Positions 1-13,932 of a stretch of DNA of 64,000 nt are shown here, one piece after another. Below the pieces are notes generated by a model, which was not told the origin of the DNA, did not search any database, and worked only from the letters and a program-made list of their open reading frames with translations. The DNA lies in NCBI GenBank assembly GCA_964016885.1, contig OZ024742.1, positions 246,946,001-247,010,000 on the forward strand, in the 5' to 3' direction. The translations under genes and the position numbers were made by a program. This DNA comes from Eledone cirrhosa (taxonomy: Eukaryota). Every line of letters starts with the position of its first letter. The stretch's first letter is position 1.

Positions 1-32
1 CACAGGAATTAAACCCATTAACATACATACAC

Positions 33-1514
33 ATGAAAAATACACCAACAACTCTACAGATACATATACACATAATGTTTCACCTCGACAAGGAACTGAG
101 ATTTACAACAACGATAACAACAACAACAACAACAACAACAGCAACACCACACAAAAAAAAGAAAATGTTTTTCGTGGAAACAGTGAACAAAAAACAAGAT
201 TTTATAAATCTTGATATCTCCAACGCAAGAGATATGCTCCAGCAAGGGAGAAAATTTGTAACTTTCGAAGAAAGAGGTGGGTTTAGAATTAACTCACCTC
301 TTGAAATAAAGGAAGACACAATCCGCATATCAGTCACCTTTAGGACTGTGTCAAATTCCACAAGAAAGCCGACATTTGTTAACCAAGCAGATATAGAAGA
401 TACTTTCAAGCAAATTCTAGCAAATGTCGATTTTCTCCAGCGAGGAAAACAATACGGAAGTGTTTCCGTACTGTTTAAAAGCGAGGCACTCGCCCCAAAA
501 AACTCTGTGACACGAATGGTGTCAAAAGCATACACCTTTTTCCCTACATACATGGGAAAAAGGACACAAAAAATAAAAATAAAAAAACATACCTCCAAAC
601 ATTAACATCTGGTGGATCTTGGCTGGCTTCGTAGAGCCAGAAACTGATATGATACTTTCGATAGGAAAATCTATTCGACAAAGGTGGGCGGGCACAGATT
701 TGGAGATTCTGTTGCAAATGAAACCGGAGAGAATCTCCAAAATACCCGAAAGAGTCGTTATTGATAATAACAACAAAATAAACATTTCGGTAGAAGGACG
801 AAAATTTCATTGCTTTCGCTGTGGTAGCACAGCTCACCTAAAAGCCTCTTGTCCACAAACACACAACAACAACATCATAAAAAAAACGCTATTACCAACA
901 CCAACACCAAAACAACCACCACCACCACAAGTACAACGACAGACGAAACGAGCAACCACACCAAAACAAACAGACACTCAACCAACAACAACAGAAAAAA
1001 CAGAGACAACACCCCTGAAGAACACAGCCCCACTCCATTCCACTTCATCAAACACTACCACAAACACACATACCGAAACACCACCACCACACAAAATACC
1101 CTTACCCCACACACCTGACGATGATTATTCATCGACAGATGAAGCTGCTTCTCCTTCTTTAAGTGAAGAAGAGGGAGAACAGCAGAAATGTAAAAAAACA
1201 AAAAAAGAGACACCACAAAACCCCCCAAACTACAATCACCAACACCAACACACAACAACAGACACAAACAACAACACAAACAACACCACAGTCAAACATC
1301 CCCCTATCAGCAAAACCAGCACCAACACCACCCCAAACACAAGCACCCACCATAAAAAAGAAAACTCCCAGACGAACAACAAACTAAAACAACACAACAA
1401 AAACACAAACAACAATACGCATACATCAACACAAACAACAAGAGTTTGATGGAGGTCATCTACCAAAACCCCAAGATGTAGGCGGAGGGCAAAACTTTCG
1501 TCAAGGCAGAATCG
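33..1514 (+). pseudogene. ORF1 (gag-like nucleic-acid-binding protein), disrupted
   Basis: ORFs 33..605 and 619..1449. Contains CFRCGSTAHLKASC (Cx2Cx4Hx4C), TFFPTYMGKRTQ shared with copies 2/3, and a Pro/Thr-rich tail. Confidence 0.8.
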
Positions 1515-3923
1515 ACAGTTCTTCGATGCGAAACACAAAGGCTGCGTGGTCAGAAGCAAAAGACGTGCTAAGGAAACGAAGGAGCGAAAGCTGTCAGCTG
1601 GGCCCGAGTGGCGGAGGCAAAAAGTGGCAACAAGTCCACGATTCGGTCTTTGAAAGACCAAAACGGATGCGTGCTACTTGGCCCCAAGCAAATGTGCGCG
1701 GCCTTTCAGCGGCACTTTGCGCGACTGTTTGAGCAGAACGACGGTGAGCCGAACGGGGCAATGGACTTTAGTTCATACCTCGACGGCCTGCCGCGTCTCT
1801 TGAACACGGACACCGAGTTCTACGAAAGACTGATCACGGACACTGAGATACGGGACGCTCTGGGCTGCTGCGGGAAACGCAAGTCACCCGGTCTAGATCG
1901 TCTACCCTACGAATTTTATATAGGCATGCCGTACTTGTTCTCTGGCGTCCTCGAAGCCGTCTACTGCAATTGGCAGCAGAACGGGAGAATTCCCAGTTCT
2001 GCAGGCAAGGGCGTAGTGACGCTGATGAGGAAAGACGAGAACAAGGGGGACGAAATTAACAACTTCAGGCCCATAACTCTCCTCAACACAGAGTTAAAGA
2101 TTTTGGCCAAGATGCTAGCGACGAGGTTGGCGCTTGTCGTCGAGAACCTGGTAGGGAAAGCGCAAACGTGTGCAATCCCGACCAGGTCCATACACGACAA
2201 CCTCCACCTCATGCGATACATCATAGAGAGGGTGGGTAGTAAACCCAGCTTCGGTGGGGCTCTGATCAACTTGGATCAGACTAAGGCACTCGATAGGATC
2301 GACCATCGACACTTGGAAGTGGTTCTCAAGGCGGCCGCTTTCGGTCCCGTGTTCAGAGGATGGATCGAGACGATGCACACCAGCATCTGCTCGAGGGTCA
2401 AAGTAAACGGCTACCTATCGAAGCCGTTCGCAATCACGCGTTCCATTCGACAGGGGTGCCCTCTCTCCTTCATTCTGTATGCATTGACTCTAGTGCCACT
2501 ACTGCAGAAATTGGAGCTGTTGCAGGACATCCCTCTAGAACCGGGACTGCGCAAAGCGGCGTCGGCTTATGCCGACGACGTGACGGTAATGGTGTCGAGC
2601 ACCTCGGAAATCTTGGTGATCGGCAACTTATTGAAAGAATACGAAACGCTGACGGGAGCAAAACTAAACCCGGACAAGTCTGTCGGTTTGCAACTCGGTA
2701 CGTGGAGAAGCAAACCGATGACGTCCGACAGCGTCGTTGGACGCTGGACAGACGGACCGGTGAAATTGCTCGGGGTCTGGTTCGGTCCAGACCTCCAGGT
2801 GGAGAAAAACTGGAACGAGGTCACGGCCAAGGTGTTTGCACTCACCCAGAAGTGGGCAGAGTGCAAACTGTCCTTGAAAGGTCGAGCGGAGGTGGCGAAC
2901 ACTTTCATAGCGTCCGTCATCTACCACCGCTTGTCTGTCGTGTCTTGACCCCGTGAACACCTCGCCAAGATGGAACGCATGCTCTTCCAGTTTCTGTGGA
3001 AGAAGCAGGCTCCGCTGGTGATGAGATCCGTCTGCTGTCAGCACCCTTCCAACGGAGGGCTGGGAATGCCGTGGCTGATGATGCGCAAACATGCGCTGAG
3101 GCTGCGGCATCTCCAGGTATTCCTCACCGACCCCCAACCGGTGTGGACACCATTTGTGAGACAGGCTTTCCCACAGCTCGTCTCGCTGACGGAGCTGCAG
3201 TCCTGGGTGAAGAAAAGACCGAAAACGATGGGCACCTGGCACATTGAATGCGCTCAGGCGCTCACAGTCCTCTGGCAAGCGGGCGCAGCAATCAGTGGAG
3301 ACCCCACTTCGACATTCTATAGAGGGATTGTACGTTACAAGGGCGACAACGTGCTCGGAGAAACTCTGGGCGTCGAAGACGATGAGCTCACCAGTCTGTT
3401 TGGTAGGACTTTCCGCCCGGGACCTATGGACAACATCCAGAGGTCCCTGGCCTGGCAGAGCTACCGATCAGCTCTACCGGTTCGTGACAAGATCTACAGG
3501 CACGGACGCCCAAGATGCGCACAGGACATTGAAACAGTCCTGCACGCAATTGTACACTGCCCGGGCGTAACCCACCTGTGGAACTATGCAGAACAACTGC
3601 TCTCGCGTATGGGACAAATCCAGTTGACTGCCGAGTCCATAGTAAGGATCAAACCGCCAGCCTCTTTCAAAAACGAAAGAGAGGCGGTTTTCCTCTGTAC
3701 GGTGGCTATGGTGAAAGAAGTTATATGGTGGACAAGGTTGAGAGGACTGAGGACAGGTGCCTTTCTCTCCGGATAACAATTGATTCCCTTCTTTAAGTAT
3801 CACTTTAGAAGGAGAATCAGGGTGGGGAGAGAGGCACTGCACTCCAGTAAATTTACTGAAAGGTGGGTGAATGAAGCGAAAATGGCCCGAGTGATTGGGC
3901 CTTCTCTGTTTATAAGACTGTAG
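1515..3923 (+). pseudogene. ORF2 reverse transcriptase plus C-terminal Cys/His domain; EN absent; in-frame stops at 2946 and 3774
   Basis: Motifs KSPGLD, NFRPITLLN, LDQTKALD, RQGCPLS, YADD and ETVLHAIVHCP. Natural stop at 3921-3923 by comparison with copy 3. Confidence 0.92.
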
Positions 3924-4156
3924 GTTGAAGAAGAGAGCAAAAGGAAGAAAGGAGCACTTGCACAACACGCTCCTGCAGTTGAGGGTTGTTCTATCGACGG
4001 GGTATTAAACAACCCATTTGTGGCACCTCCCCCCTATTGGGGATGTCGATTGTTGTAATTGTTTGTTTTTATATTTTTTACACGACTGCATGTAAAATCC
4101 CCGGCATGTCTTTGTATTGTCCCCTTTTCTTGTGCGCCCTTGTGGCTAATAAAGAA

Positions 4157-4242
<86 letters not shown>
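4157..4242. repeat. (TATC)n microsatellite separating Tx1 copies 1 and 2
   Basis: About 21 perfect ATCT units directly after AATAAAGAA. Confidence 0.98.
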
Positions 4243-4476
4243 TATAATCTAGCTGTCGTCTGTTCGATAGCGTAGACGTAATTCACTTCGCGCTGAAGTT
4301 TTGTTCCAATTTATTGCGGAAATTTTGTAATTTTAATTTTAATTTTGATACTATTGTGTAGCTTGACCTCCCGTCTGAACTGTCAGCAGGTAGATCAGCT
4401 CATTTTGGCCCCTCGCAGGGGTGAAAAACCCGTTTTTTAAAATTTTGTTGCATAAAATTTCAATCGTCTGGCAGAA

Positions 4477-6383
4477 ATGTTAAACGAAGCTAACGAAAAT
4501 AGTGGTGGGGGGACAGCGGTAACAGTTGTAAGCTCGCACGCTTTAGTCCCCCCTTCCTTCCCAACTAACGTCATAGAGAAGGAAAGAAAAAATAAAATAA
4601 AAACAGACGAATGTGCGGAGAAAAATGACGAAAACACAAATCTGGAGATTGATTCCAACAACAATAAAAAATTTGAAAGAATTGCATGACAATATTAATA
4701 CCACAAACAAAGAAACAACAAACACAAAAATAACATTTGAAAACAGCATCATAACAGAAAGCAAAACAGACGACAAAGTCAACACCAATAATATCTCATT
4801 TGCACAAACAACAAAAAAATCTTTAACATATATACCTGAAAATATTTCAGATGTGGCACAAAGAATAAAAAACGCCAAACAATTCATAACTCAAGGGGAA
4901 AATGGAACCTTATCGGTAAAAATGCCCCAAGAACTCACCAAAGATATTGAAAGTCGGACAGTCGTTTTCCGCACCATCAACAACATCTCAAAAAAACTTT
5001 AACAACCAACACAAGCAGAAATTAAAGCAGTACTTAGAGAAGTACTTAATGAAGCCACTTTCATAAGAAGAGAAAGGCTGTATGGAAGCCTAGCCATTAT
5101 TATGAAGAACGAATCGGCGGCAAAAACATATGCTTTGTCGCCGATTCGTTCGACAAATTTTACCTTTTATCCATCTTATATGGGTAAAAGAACTCAGCGC
5201 ATATGGCTGGATGCGATGATGCCCGATATGGAATACTGCTGGCTCATAGCAGGCTTCATCGTTCCAGTGAATAACAACGTGATTTCCATTAGGAAAACCA
5301 CAGGCAATGCGTTCAGTGGAACAGGTATAGAGCTGGTAGTGCAAATGAAGCCTGAACGCATTGCCCAAATACCCGACAGAATCCTATTAGAGGGCCACGG
5401 GTATATAAACATTAGCGTGGAGAGGAGAAGGCCGTCCTGTCATATCTGTGCAGGCAGAGGGCACCTGAAGGCGGCTTGTCCCCAACTCAACAAGAAGAAA
5501 ACCCTGCTACCAACACCAGCTCCACCACCACCACAACAGATAAACAAACAACAAAACTCAGTCCCACCCAACCCGTCCCTCAGTAAAACTAAACCACCAC
5601 CACAACACAAACAGACACAACACATTACCCAAAAACAAAACACAGTCCCACCCAACCCCTCACTCAATAAAACAACACAACCACCGCAGCCACAACACAC
5701 AACACAGTCTAACATAGTGACATCCATCTCCCCCACAAAGAAAACCAACACGGAAACATTACCAGCAAACATACCTCTTCCCTCCAACACTGAAGATAAT
5801 CCAACGAATTCGGAGGAAGAAACGGAGTCCTTCAGACAGATTAAAAGGAAAAAAAAGAAAACATGTGCAAAACACACAAGGCCAAACAGCCCCTACCCAA
5901 ATGTGAACACAATCCAACAAAACACAAAACACCCCTCCAGCAACAAACAAAACCAAACCTGCCCCTCCCCTCTTCGAAACACTCACACCATCCGAAAAAA
6001 AGACATTACACTATACTTACATCAACAGAAACAATAATAAATTAAATGAACTCATAAACAATAACCCTTCGGTTTGTACCGAAGGGCTAAACTTTGTTTC
6101 TTCAGAAAACTACCCACATTTAAAATTAATAAAGATCCCAATGAACCTCTACCAAAAACTAAAAAAGGATATTAAGGAGGACGTAGGACCACCCTCTGTC
6201 AAACCCATAAACCGCGTCCTCCTAAAAAGCTTTCCCCCTCCCCTACCCCTCCCCAACACAACTCCAAACACCCCAACCCCACCACACACTACCGACCCCA
6301 CACCACCACAAGACACCCCTTCACCCAACACCCCCGACCCCATGGAAGTCGTGCGACCCGAACCCCGGGAAGCAGAAAGGTAG
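4477..6383 (+). pseudogene. ORF1 of copy 2, broken by stops/frameshifts
   Basis: Fragments 4477..4689, 4613..5002, 5102..6037 and 6141..6383; knuckle CHICAGRGHLKAAC. Confidence 0.8.
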
Positions 6384-6416
6384 GTCTCTACACCCTCCTT
6401 TGGCTTTGCCGCCCAC

Positions 6417-9400
6417 ATGGATGTGTTAAGAGTAGGATGTTTGAATGCACGTGGCCTGGGCTCAACTTGGAAGCAAGCAAAGCTTCTAAATGACCTCAGG
6501 TCACGTGGTATAAATGTAATGGTTATCTGTGAGACTCGGATCAGCGTCGTACGGCAGCTGGCCCCTACCTTCGATGACTTTGAGGTGCATGCATCTCTCT
6601 GTCAACCTGGAGGTGGGGGTGGGGTTGTCGTACTGCTGGAAAAACACCTGGGTCTCGCCGTACAGGTTGTTCTCTCGGACCCGGAAAGTCGTTTGTTGGT
6701 GCTAGACGTTGGCAGTAGTGGAGGTGCAGCCTTGAGACTGGTCGCCGTCTACTCCCCTTTCGGAGCTGAACGAACCGACTTCTTCCAGCGTCTGGAGACT
6801 TTTCTGGGAACGTTGCGTTCCCTGCTTCTAGCGGGGGATTGGAATGACATCCTAGATGCACATTCGGATTATGCAGGAGCATGTCCTAATAGAGGGGGGT
6901 GTAACAGCCTCAAGGGGTTACTCGACCGTTTTAACTTGGTCGATAGATATCGACTAGATTTTCTAACTGTGCCAACCTGGACTTGGACGAACCATAGTGG
7001 TCAATCTAGATCGTACTTAGATAGATTCTTAGTTAGAAGTAAGGATAGGGACATATTAAACGTAGTCAATCTCGAGAAAACACATAGACAGGGTCCCAGT
7101 TACTGGAAACTTAATTTGTCTTTACCGGTAAAAGAGGCTTACAGAGACCGGATTAGCAGATTAGTTAAGGAGAGGTTGACGGGTGCAATAGTCAACAACC
7201 GATGGTGGGCATCTCTCAAAAGAGAGATTAGAACAGAATCAATAAGTTATAGCAAGATGTTAGCTGCCGATAGGAATAGGAAGGAGAAAGAATTAACAGA
7301 TACATTAGAAGAGGCAATCAAGAGCGAAGATGTGGCCAGAGTGCTGGCATCGAGGACGGTCTTGAGCCAGTTTTTCGATGCAAAGCACGAAGGCTGCGTC
7401 ATTCGAAGTAAAATACGTGCTCTAGGTAATGAGGGGGCCAAAGCCGTTGGCTGGGCCCGCGTGACAGAAGCTAAGAGTGGAAATCGATCCACCATCCGGT
7501 CTTTGCAAGACGAGGATGGACGGGTGATCCGGGAGCCTAAGCAGATGTGCGAGGCCTTTCAAAGGTACTTTGCCCGATTGTTCGGGGGAGGCGAGGGTCC
7601 GGGCGGGGACGTGGATTTCGGTCCATACCTCGACGGCCTGCCGCGTCTCTCGAGCGAAGAGGCAGAGTCCTGCGAGGGACCAATCTCGGCTGATGAGATC
7701 GGGGATGCGCTGAGCCAATGGAGCAGACGCAAATCTCCAGGTCTCGATGGTATACCTTACGAACTTTATTTAGCAATGCCGGTCTTCTTCCCCGAACTCC
7801 TCGAAGCAGTCTACTGCAATTGGCAGCAGAACGGGAGAATTCCTTGTTCTGTAGCCACGGGAGTAGTCTGGCTGGTGAGGAAGGACGAGAACAAGGGGGA
7901 TAGTATAAATAATTTTCGGCCCATAACCCTGCTAAACACAGAGTTAAAGATGTTGGCCAAGGTGTTAGCAAAGAGGTTGGCGCTTGTCGTGGGTGGCCTG
8001 GTGGGAGATGCGCAGACATGTGCTATCCCATCCAGGTCCATTCACGACAACCTCCACCTCATGCGATACATCATAGAGAGGGTTGGTAACAAACCCGGCT
8101 TCGGTAGGGCCCTGATCAACTTGGATCAGTCTAAGGCGTTCGATAGGGTCGACCATGGTTACCTGGATGCGGTGCTAGCGGTGGCTGGGTTCGGTCCTGT
8201 TTTCAGAGGCTGGATCACTGCCTTACATAGCAACCACATCTGTTATAGGATCAAGGTGAACGGCTACCTTTCGAAGCCGTTCGAAATCACACGATCCATT
8301 CGACAGAGGTGCCCTCTCTCCTCCCTTCTGTACGTATTGACTCTCGAGCCTTTACTGAGGAAGTTGGAGTTGTTGCAGGGTATCCCCCTGGAACCAGGAT
8401 TGAGCAAAGCGGTGTCGGCCTACGCCGATGACGTAGCAGTAATGGTATTGACCGACTCAGAGATCGAGGCGATCGGTACCTTACTGGAGGAATACGAAAG
8501 GTTGTCAGGAGCGAAACTGAACCGGGAAAAATCCATCGGGTTGCAACTCGGGACGTGGAGAGGCAGACCGATGCCTCCCGACGGTGTCGTCGGACACTGG
8601 ACGGAGGGCCCGGTGAAGTTGCTTGGGGTCTGATTTGGACCGGACCTCCAGGTGGAAAAGAACTGGGGCGAGGTTACGAACAAGGTGTTTGCACTAACCC
8701 AGAAATGGGCCAAGTGTAAGCTGTCCCTAAAAGGTCGGGTGGAGGTGGCGAACATTTACATAGCGTCCGTCACCTACTACCGCCTGACTGTCATGCCTTG
8801 CCCTAAGGAAACACTCACCACCATGGAACGCATGCTCTTTCAATTTCTTTGGAAGAAGCGCCCTCCTATGGTGAGAAGATCCATCTGCTGCCAACAACCT
8901 TCGAAAGGAGGGCTGGGGATGCCGTGGTTGATGATGCGTAGGCACGCATTAAGGCTACGGCACCTACAGGTATTCCTCACTGGTCAACCGGTGTGGGCTC
9001 CGTTCGTGAAACGAGCCTTTCCGAGACTCGTCTCGCTCACCGAGCTGCAGTCCTGGGTCAAGCAAAGATCCGGAAAATTGGGCGACTGGCACACTGAGTG
9101 TGCCCAGGCGCTCAGGGCTCTCTGGCAAGCGGACCCGGCCATCGGTGGGGAATCCACCTCGTCATTCTATAGAGGGCTGGTGGCTAGCAGGGGCGATGAC
9201 ACCCTTGGAGAGTCGCTGGACATGGAGGAGGACGAACTGGCCAGCCTGTTCGGTAGGACTTTCGGCCCGGGACCAATGGACAACTTCCAGAAGTCACTGG
9301 CCTGGCAGTGCTACCGGGGGGCTCTATCCGTTCGAGAAAAGCTCTACAGACACGGGCGCTCGGGCAGGGATCCCTCGAAAAAGATTTGCCCTAGATGCGT

Positions 9401-9803
9401 GCGTCACGAAGAAACCGTTCCGCACGCATTGGTGCACTGTCCGGGCGTAGCTGATCTGTGGGGCTACGCCGAACCACTGCTGTCGCGGGTGGCGCCGATT
9501 CGATTGACCGCCGAGTCCGTGATGACAATCAAACCACCTCCCCTCTTCACAAAGGAAGCAAAGGCGGTTTTTCTGTGCGTAATAGCCATGTTGAAAGAGG
9601 TTGTTTGGTGGACACGATTGAAGGGTCTGAGGTCAGGCAACTTCCTCTCTGGCCATAGTCTGGTCTACTTCTTCTGATATCACTTCGGAAGAAGGATAAG
9701 AATGGAGAGAGAGGTGCTTAGCCACAGGCAGTTTTATGAAAGGTGGGTGATAGTGGCGAGAATGGCTCGTATAAATGGGCCTTCTCTGTATACCATTCTG
9801 TAG
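6417..9803 (+). pseudogene. ORF2 (APE endonuclease + RT) of copy 2; stops at 8631 and 9675
   Basis: EN motifs LNARGL, CETR, AVYSP, GDWN and SYLDRF; RT motif YADD; CPRC...H...HC. About 17 codons containing the TDH motif are missing relative to copy 4. Confidence 0.93.
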
Positions 9804-10022
9804 GTAAAGAAGTGAAGGAGAGGGGAGCACCTTCTCCATGTGCTCCCTGGGCAAAGGATTGCACACTTTTTTTCGGGGGTGTGTGCAACCCCCATCACGT
9901 CCCCTCACTTTTGAGGTTGTTTTTGATTATTTTCATTTTATACCCTTTTTACTCGGTTTTATGTAAACTCCCCCTTTGTATTTGTCCCTTCTTTTTATAC
10001 CTTTATGGTAAATAAAGAAATA

Positions 10023-10026
10023 TATC

Positions 10027-10057
<31 letters not shown>

Positions 10058-10065
10058 CTATCTAT
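10023..10065. repeat. (TATC)n microsatellite separating Tx1 copies 2 and 3
   Basis: TATC units with one TATT variant. Confidence 0.95.
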
Positions 10066-10281
10066 TTCGGATTCTCTCTAACACGTGGAAAATGTGCTGG
10101 TGAGTAAATGTTTTAATTTCATTGGAAATTTCATGAACTGAATCTACATTATTACACCATTTTGTAGATAAGCTCCCACCCTACACTTTGTAGGTGGTAG
10201 CAACCCCAAATAATAAGCCCATCAGGGCTAAAAACAGAGAAATCCCAGAAAATTTCTACCGGAATTTTGAATATAGCCAAA

Positions 10282-11625
10282 ATGGCCAAATTCTTTGACC
10301 TCATCTTCACGAAAAACACATCAGAGAATTGTGGAGATGGGCTGTTAATCTCACCTTCCACAGTACTAGTAGCAGGTGAAGACTGCCTGTCTGCTGCTAT
10401 CACCAACAACAACAACAGTAACAACAACAGCAACAAAAACAACAACAACATTAAAACTGTCAGCCAACAATTAGACAGATGTGGTGGAGTGACGGTAAAA
10501 GTGTCAAGCCAACAGGCAGCTCACACCACCTCATTGAAACACGTCGATATGTTTAAAACACACCCTGACAACAATACCAGCACCACCAACACGAAAACTG
10601 TGAACGGCACAAACCAAAACAACGCCATCAACAACAACAGTGACAACGAGAACAAGAAGAACAACAACGACAACAAAACCACAACCAACAACAACAACAA
10701 CAAGACCAACAACGGAAAAAAACGAAAACAACATCAATAATAAGAACAATAATAACAACAACAAGACAAATAACTGCAACAATGAAGTAAACGACAAAAT
10801 ATCGTTTGCGCAAACCGTAAAGAAAACGGTAAGCTACACTCCGGTAGATATTTCAAATGCAAATGAGCTTTTGAATAACGCCAGACAATATGTAACTTTT
10901 GGGGTGAACGGATCATTCTCCATAAACTCTCCCCCAGATTTGCGAAGAGAAGCTGCCTTGAAAACTGTGATTTTCAGTACAGCCTCCAACAAAACACGAA
11001 AATCGACTCAACTTTCACAAGGCGAAATTGAGTTGGCTTTAAAAAATGCCTTAAAAGACATTGCTTTTATTCAGAAGGGTAGACTCTACGGAGTTTATCC
11101 ATTCTAATGAAACACCAATTGACGGCACAGAAATATTCTGTGTCACCAATTGTGTCACCGCTGTTCACCTTTTTCCCCACTTACATGGGGAAAAGAACAC
11201 AGAAAATAAAAATCCAAAGTATCACACCAAATATTGATATTTGGTGAGTACTATGTGGATTTTTAAACCTCGAAACAGACTATATAATATCGGTAGGTAA
11301 GTCCTCCGGCGACCTGTTCAGCCTGGAAGTTCTGGTCCAAATGATACCAGAACGAATAGCTAGGATCCCGGAACGTGTGTTGCTGGATGGGCTTATATAC
11401 ATAGGCGGGTAGGCGGCCCTCATGTTACCACTGCTTAAGCAAGGGTCACCTGAGAGCTTCCTATCCTCGGCTAACTAGCCAAAAAAAGGTACTACTGCCA
11501 ACACCTGCAACACCAGCACAACGATCACCACCACCACAACAACAACAACATAAAAAATAGTGACAACAAAACAAACGACAAACACAGTCCCACCCAACCC
11601 CTCCCCACCTAAAACAACTAACAAT
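10282..11625 (+). pseudogene. ORF1 of copy 3, disrupted
   Basis: Asn-rich N-terminus, ISFAQTVKK, TFFPTYMGKRTQKIKI, and a degenerate knuckle CYHCLSKGHLRASY near 11422-11463. Confidence 0.75.
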
Positions 11626-13932
11626 TCCACGATTCGGTCTTTGAAAGACCAAGACTGACGCGTGATACGTAAGCCGAAGCAGATGTGCGCGGCCTTTCAG
11701 CGGCACTTTGCTCAACTGTTCGGGCAGGGCGGCGCGCCGGGAGGGGCTATGGATTTCGGTCCATACCTCGACGGCCTACCGCGACTCGCGGACAGCGAGG
11801 CGAAGTTTTACGAAAGGCCGATTTCGGCCGCTGAGATAGGGGACGCTCTGAGCCAATGCGACGAACGCAATCTCCTGGTCTCGACGGTCTACCCTACGAA
11901 TTTTACGTAGCAATGCCGGACTTGTTCTCCGGTCTCCTGGAAGTGGTCTACTGCAACTGGCAGCAGAACGGGAGAATTCCCAGTTCTGTGACCAAAGGCG
12001 TAGTCACGTTAGTCAGGAAGGACGATAATAAGGTGGATGACATAGTCAACTTCCGGCCCATAACTCTGCTAAACACAGAATTACAGATTTTGGCCAAGGT
12101 GTTGGCAAAGAGGCTGGCGCTTGTCGTCGAAAACCTGGTGGGAGAAGCGCAGACATGCGCAATCCCAACCAGGTCAATACACGACAACCTCCACCTCATG
12201 CGATACATCATAGATAGGGTAGGGTGTAAACCCGGCTTCGGTGGGGCTCTGATCAACTTGGATCAGTCTAAGGCTTTCGATAGGGTTGACTATCGTTACC
12301 TGGATGCGGTGCTCGAGGCGGCAGGCTTCGTACCCGTTTTCAGGGCTGGATTGCTGCAATGCACAGCAGCAACATCTGCTCGATGGTCAAGGTGAACAGC
12401 TACCTCTCGGCCCGTTCCATATCACGCGATCCATCAGATAGGGATGCCCTCTCTCCTCCCTTCTGTACTTACTGACTCTCGAGACACTACTGCGGAGGTT
12501 GGAGCTATTGCAGAGCATTCCTTTGGAACCGGGACTACGAAAAGCAGCGTCGGCCTACGCCGACGACTTAACAGTAATGGTGTCGAGCACCTCGCAAATC
12601 GTGGAGGTCGGCACCTTACTGGAGGAATACGAAAGGTTCACAGGAGCGAAGCTGAACCGGGACAAATCCATCGGTTTGCAACTCGGAACGTGGAGAGGCA
12701 AACCGATGCCTTCCGATGGCGTCGTCGGACGCTCGACGGAAGGACCGGTAAAGCTGCTCGGCGTCTGGTTTGGTCCGGACCTCCAGGTGGAGATGAACTG
12801 GAACGAGGTGACGGCCAAGGTGTTTGCGCTCACCCAGAAGTGGGCCGAGTGCAAACTATCCTTGAAAGGTCGAGCGGAGGTGGCGAACACTTTTATAGCG
12901 TCCGTCATCTACTACCGCTTGACCGTCGTGCCTTGTTCAGCCAAAACGCTCACCAAAATGGAGCGCGCGCTCTTCCAATTCCTTTGGAAGAATCGAGCTC
13001 CTTTGGTGAGAAGATCCCTCTGCTGCCAACACCCTTCAAACGGAGGGCTGTGGATGCTGTGGCTGACGATGCGCAAACACGCGCTCAGGCTGCGGCATCT
13101 CCACGTATTCTTCACCGGACAACCGGCGTGGGCCGTAAGGCGAGCCTTCCCACGACTCGTCTCCCTGACCGAGTTGCAGTCCTGGGTCAAACAAAGACAG
13201 AGGAAAATGGGCGACTTGCACATCGAATGTGCTCAGAAGCTCACAGTCCTCTGGCAAACGGACCCGGCGATCAATGGAGACTCCACTTCGACATTCTATA
13301 GAGGGTTGGTCCGCAGAAAGTGCGACGACACGCTCGGAGAAACTCTAGGCGTAGAAGAGGACGAACTGGCCAGTTTGTTCGGTAGGACCTTCCGCCCGGG
13401 ACCAATGGACAACTTCCAAAAGTCCCTGGCCTGGCAGTGCTACCGAGAAGCTATACCAGTTCGAGACAAGCTCTACAGACACGGGCGCCCGGGTAGGGAC
13501 CCTTCGAAAAAGATCTGTCCGAGATGCGTGCGCGACGAGGAAACCGTCGCACACGCATTTGTACACTGCCCGGGCGTTACCGACCTGTGGGGCTATGTAG
13601 AACGACTATTGTCGCGGGTGGGACCAATCCAGTTGACCATCGAGTCCATTGTCATGATCAAACCGCCACCCTCCTTCAAAAACGAGGGAGAGGCGGTTTT
13701 CCTATGTGTTATGGCTATGGTGAAAGAGGTTATATGGTGGACGAGGTTAACAGGGCTGAGGTCAGACACCTTTCTCTCCAGCGAGCAACTGATTCGTTTA
13801 TTCAAATATCATTTTGGAAGAAGAATCAGGATGGAGAGAGAGGTGCTGTACCCCAGCAAATTTTATAAAAGGTGGGTGAATGTGGCAAAGATGGCCCGAG
13901 TGGTTGGGCCTTCTCTCTATATAAGCCTGTAG
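11626..13932 (+). pseudogene. ORF2 RT and C-terminal domain of copy 3, frameshifted
   Basis: ORFs 11662..11910, 11856..12395 and 12499..13932; motifs SPGLDGLPYEFY, LDQSKAFDRV, YADD. Confidence 0.92.

Larger units (their letters stand above)
1..4156 (+). mobile_element. Tx1/L1-clade non-LTR retrotransposon, copy 1 (5' end outside window, endonuclease deleted)
   Basis: ORF1 has a CCHC knuckle and ORF2 has RT motifs. The 3' UTR has AATAAA at 4148-4153 followed by (TATC)n. Colinear with copies 2-4. Confidence 0.9.
4243..10022 (+). mobile_element. Tx1/L1-clade retrotransposon, copy 2, near full length
   Basis: 5' UTR, ORF1, ORF2 (EN-RT-Cys/His), 3' UTR and AATAAA at 10011-10016. (TATC)n on both sides. 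Confidence 0.92.
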
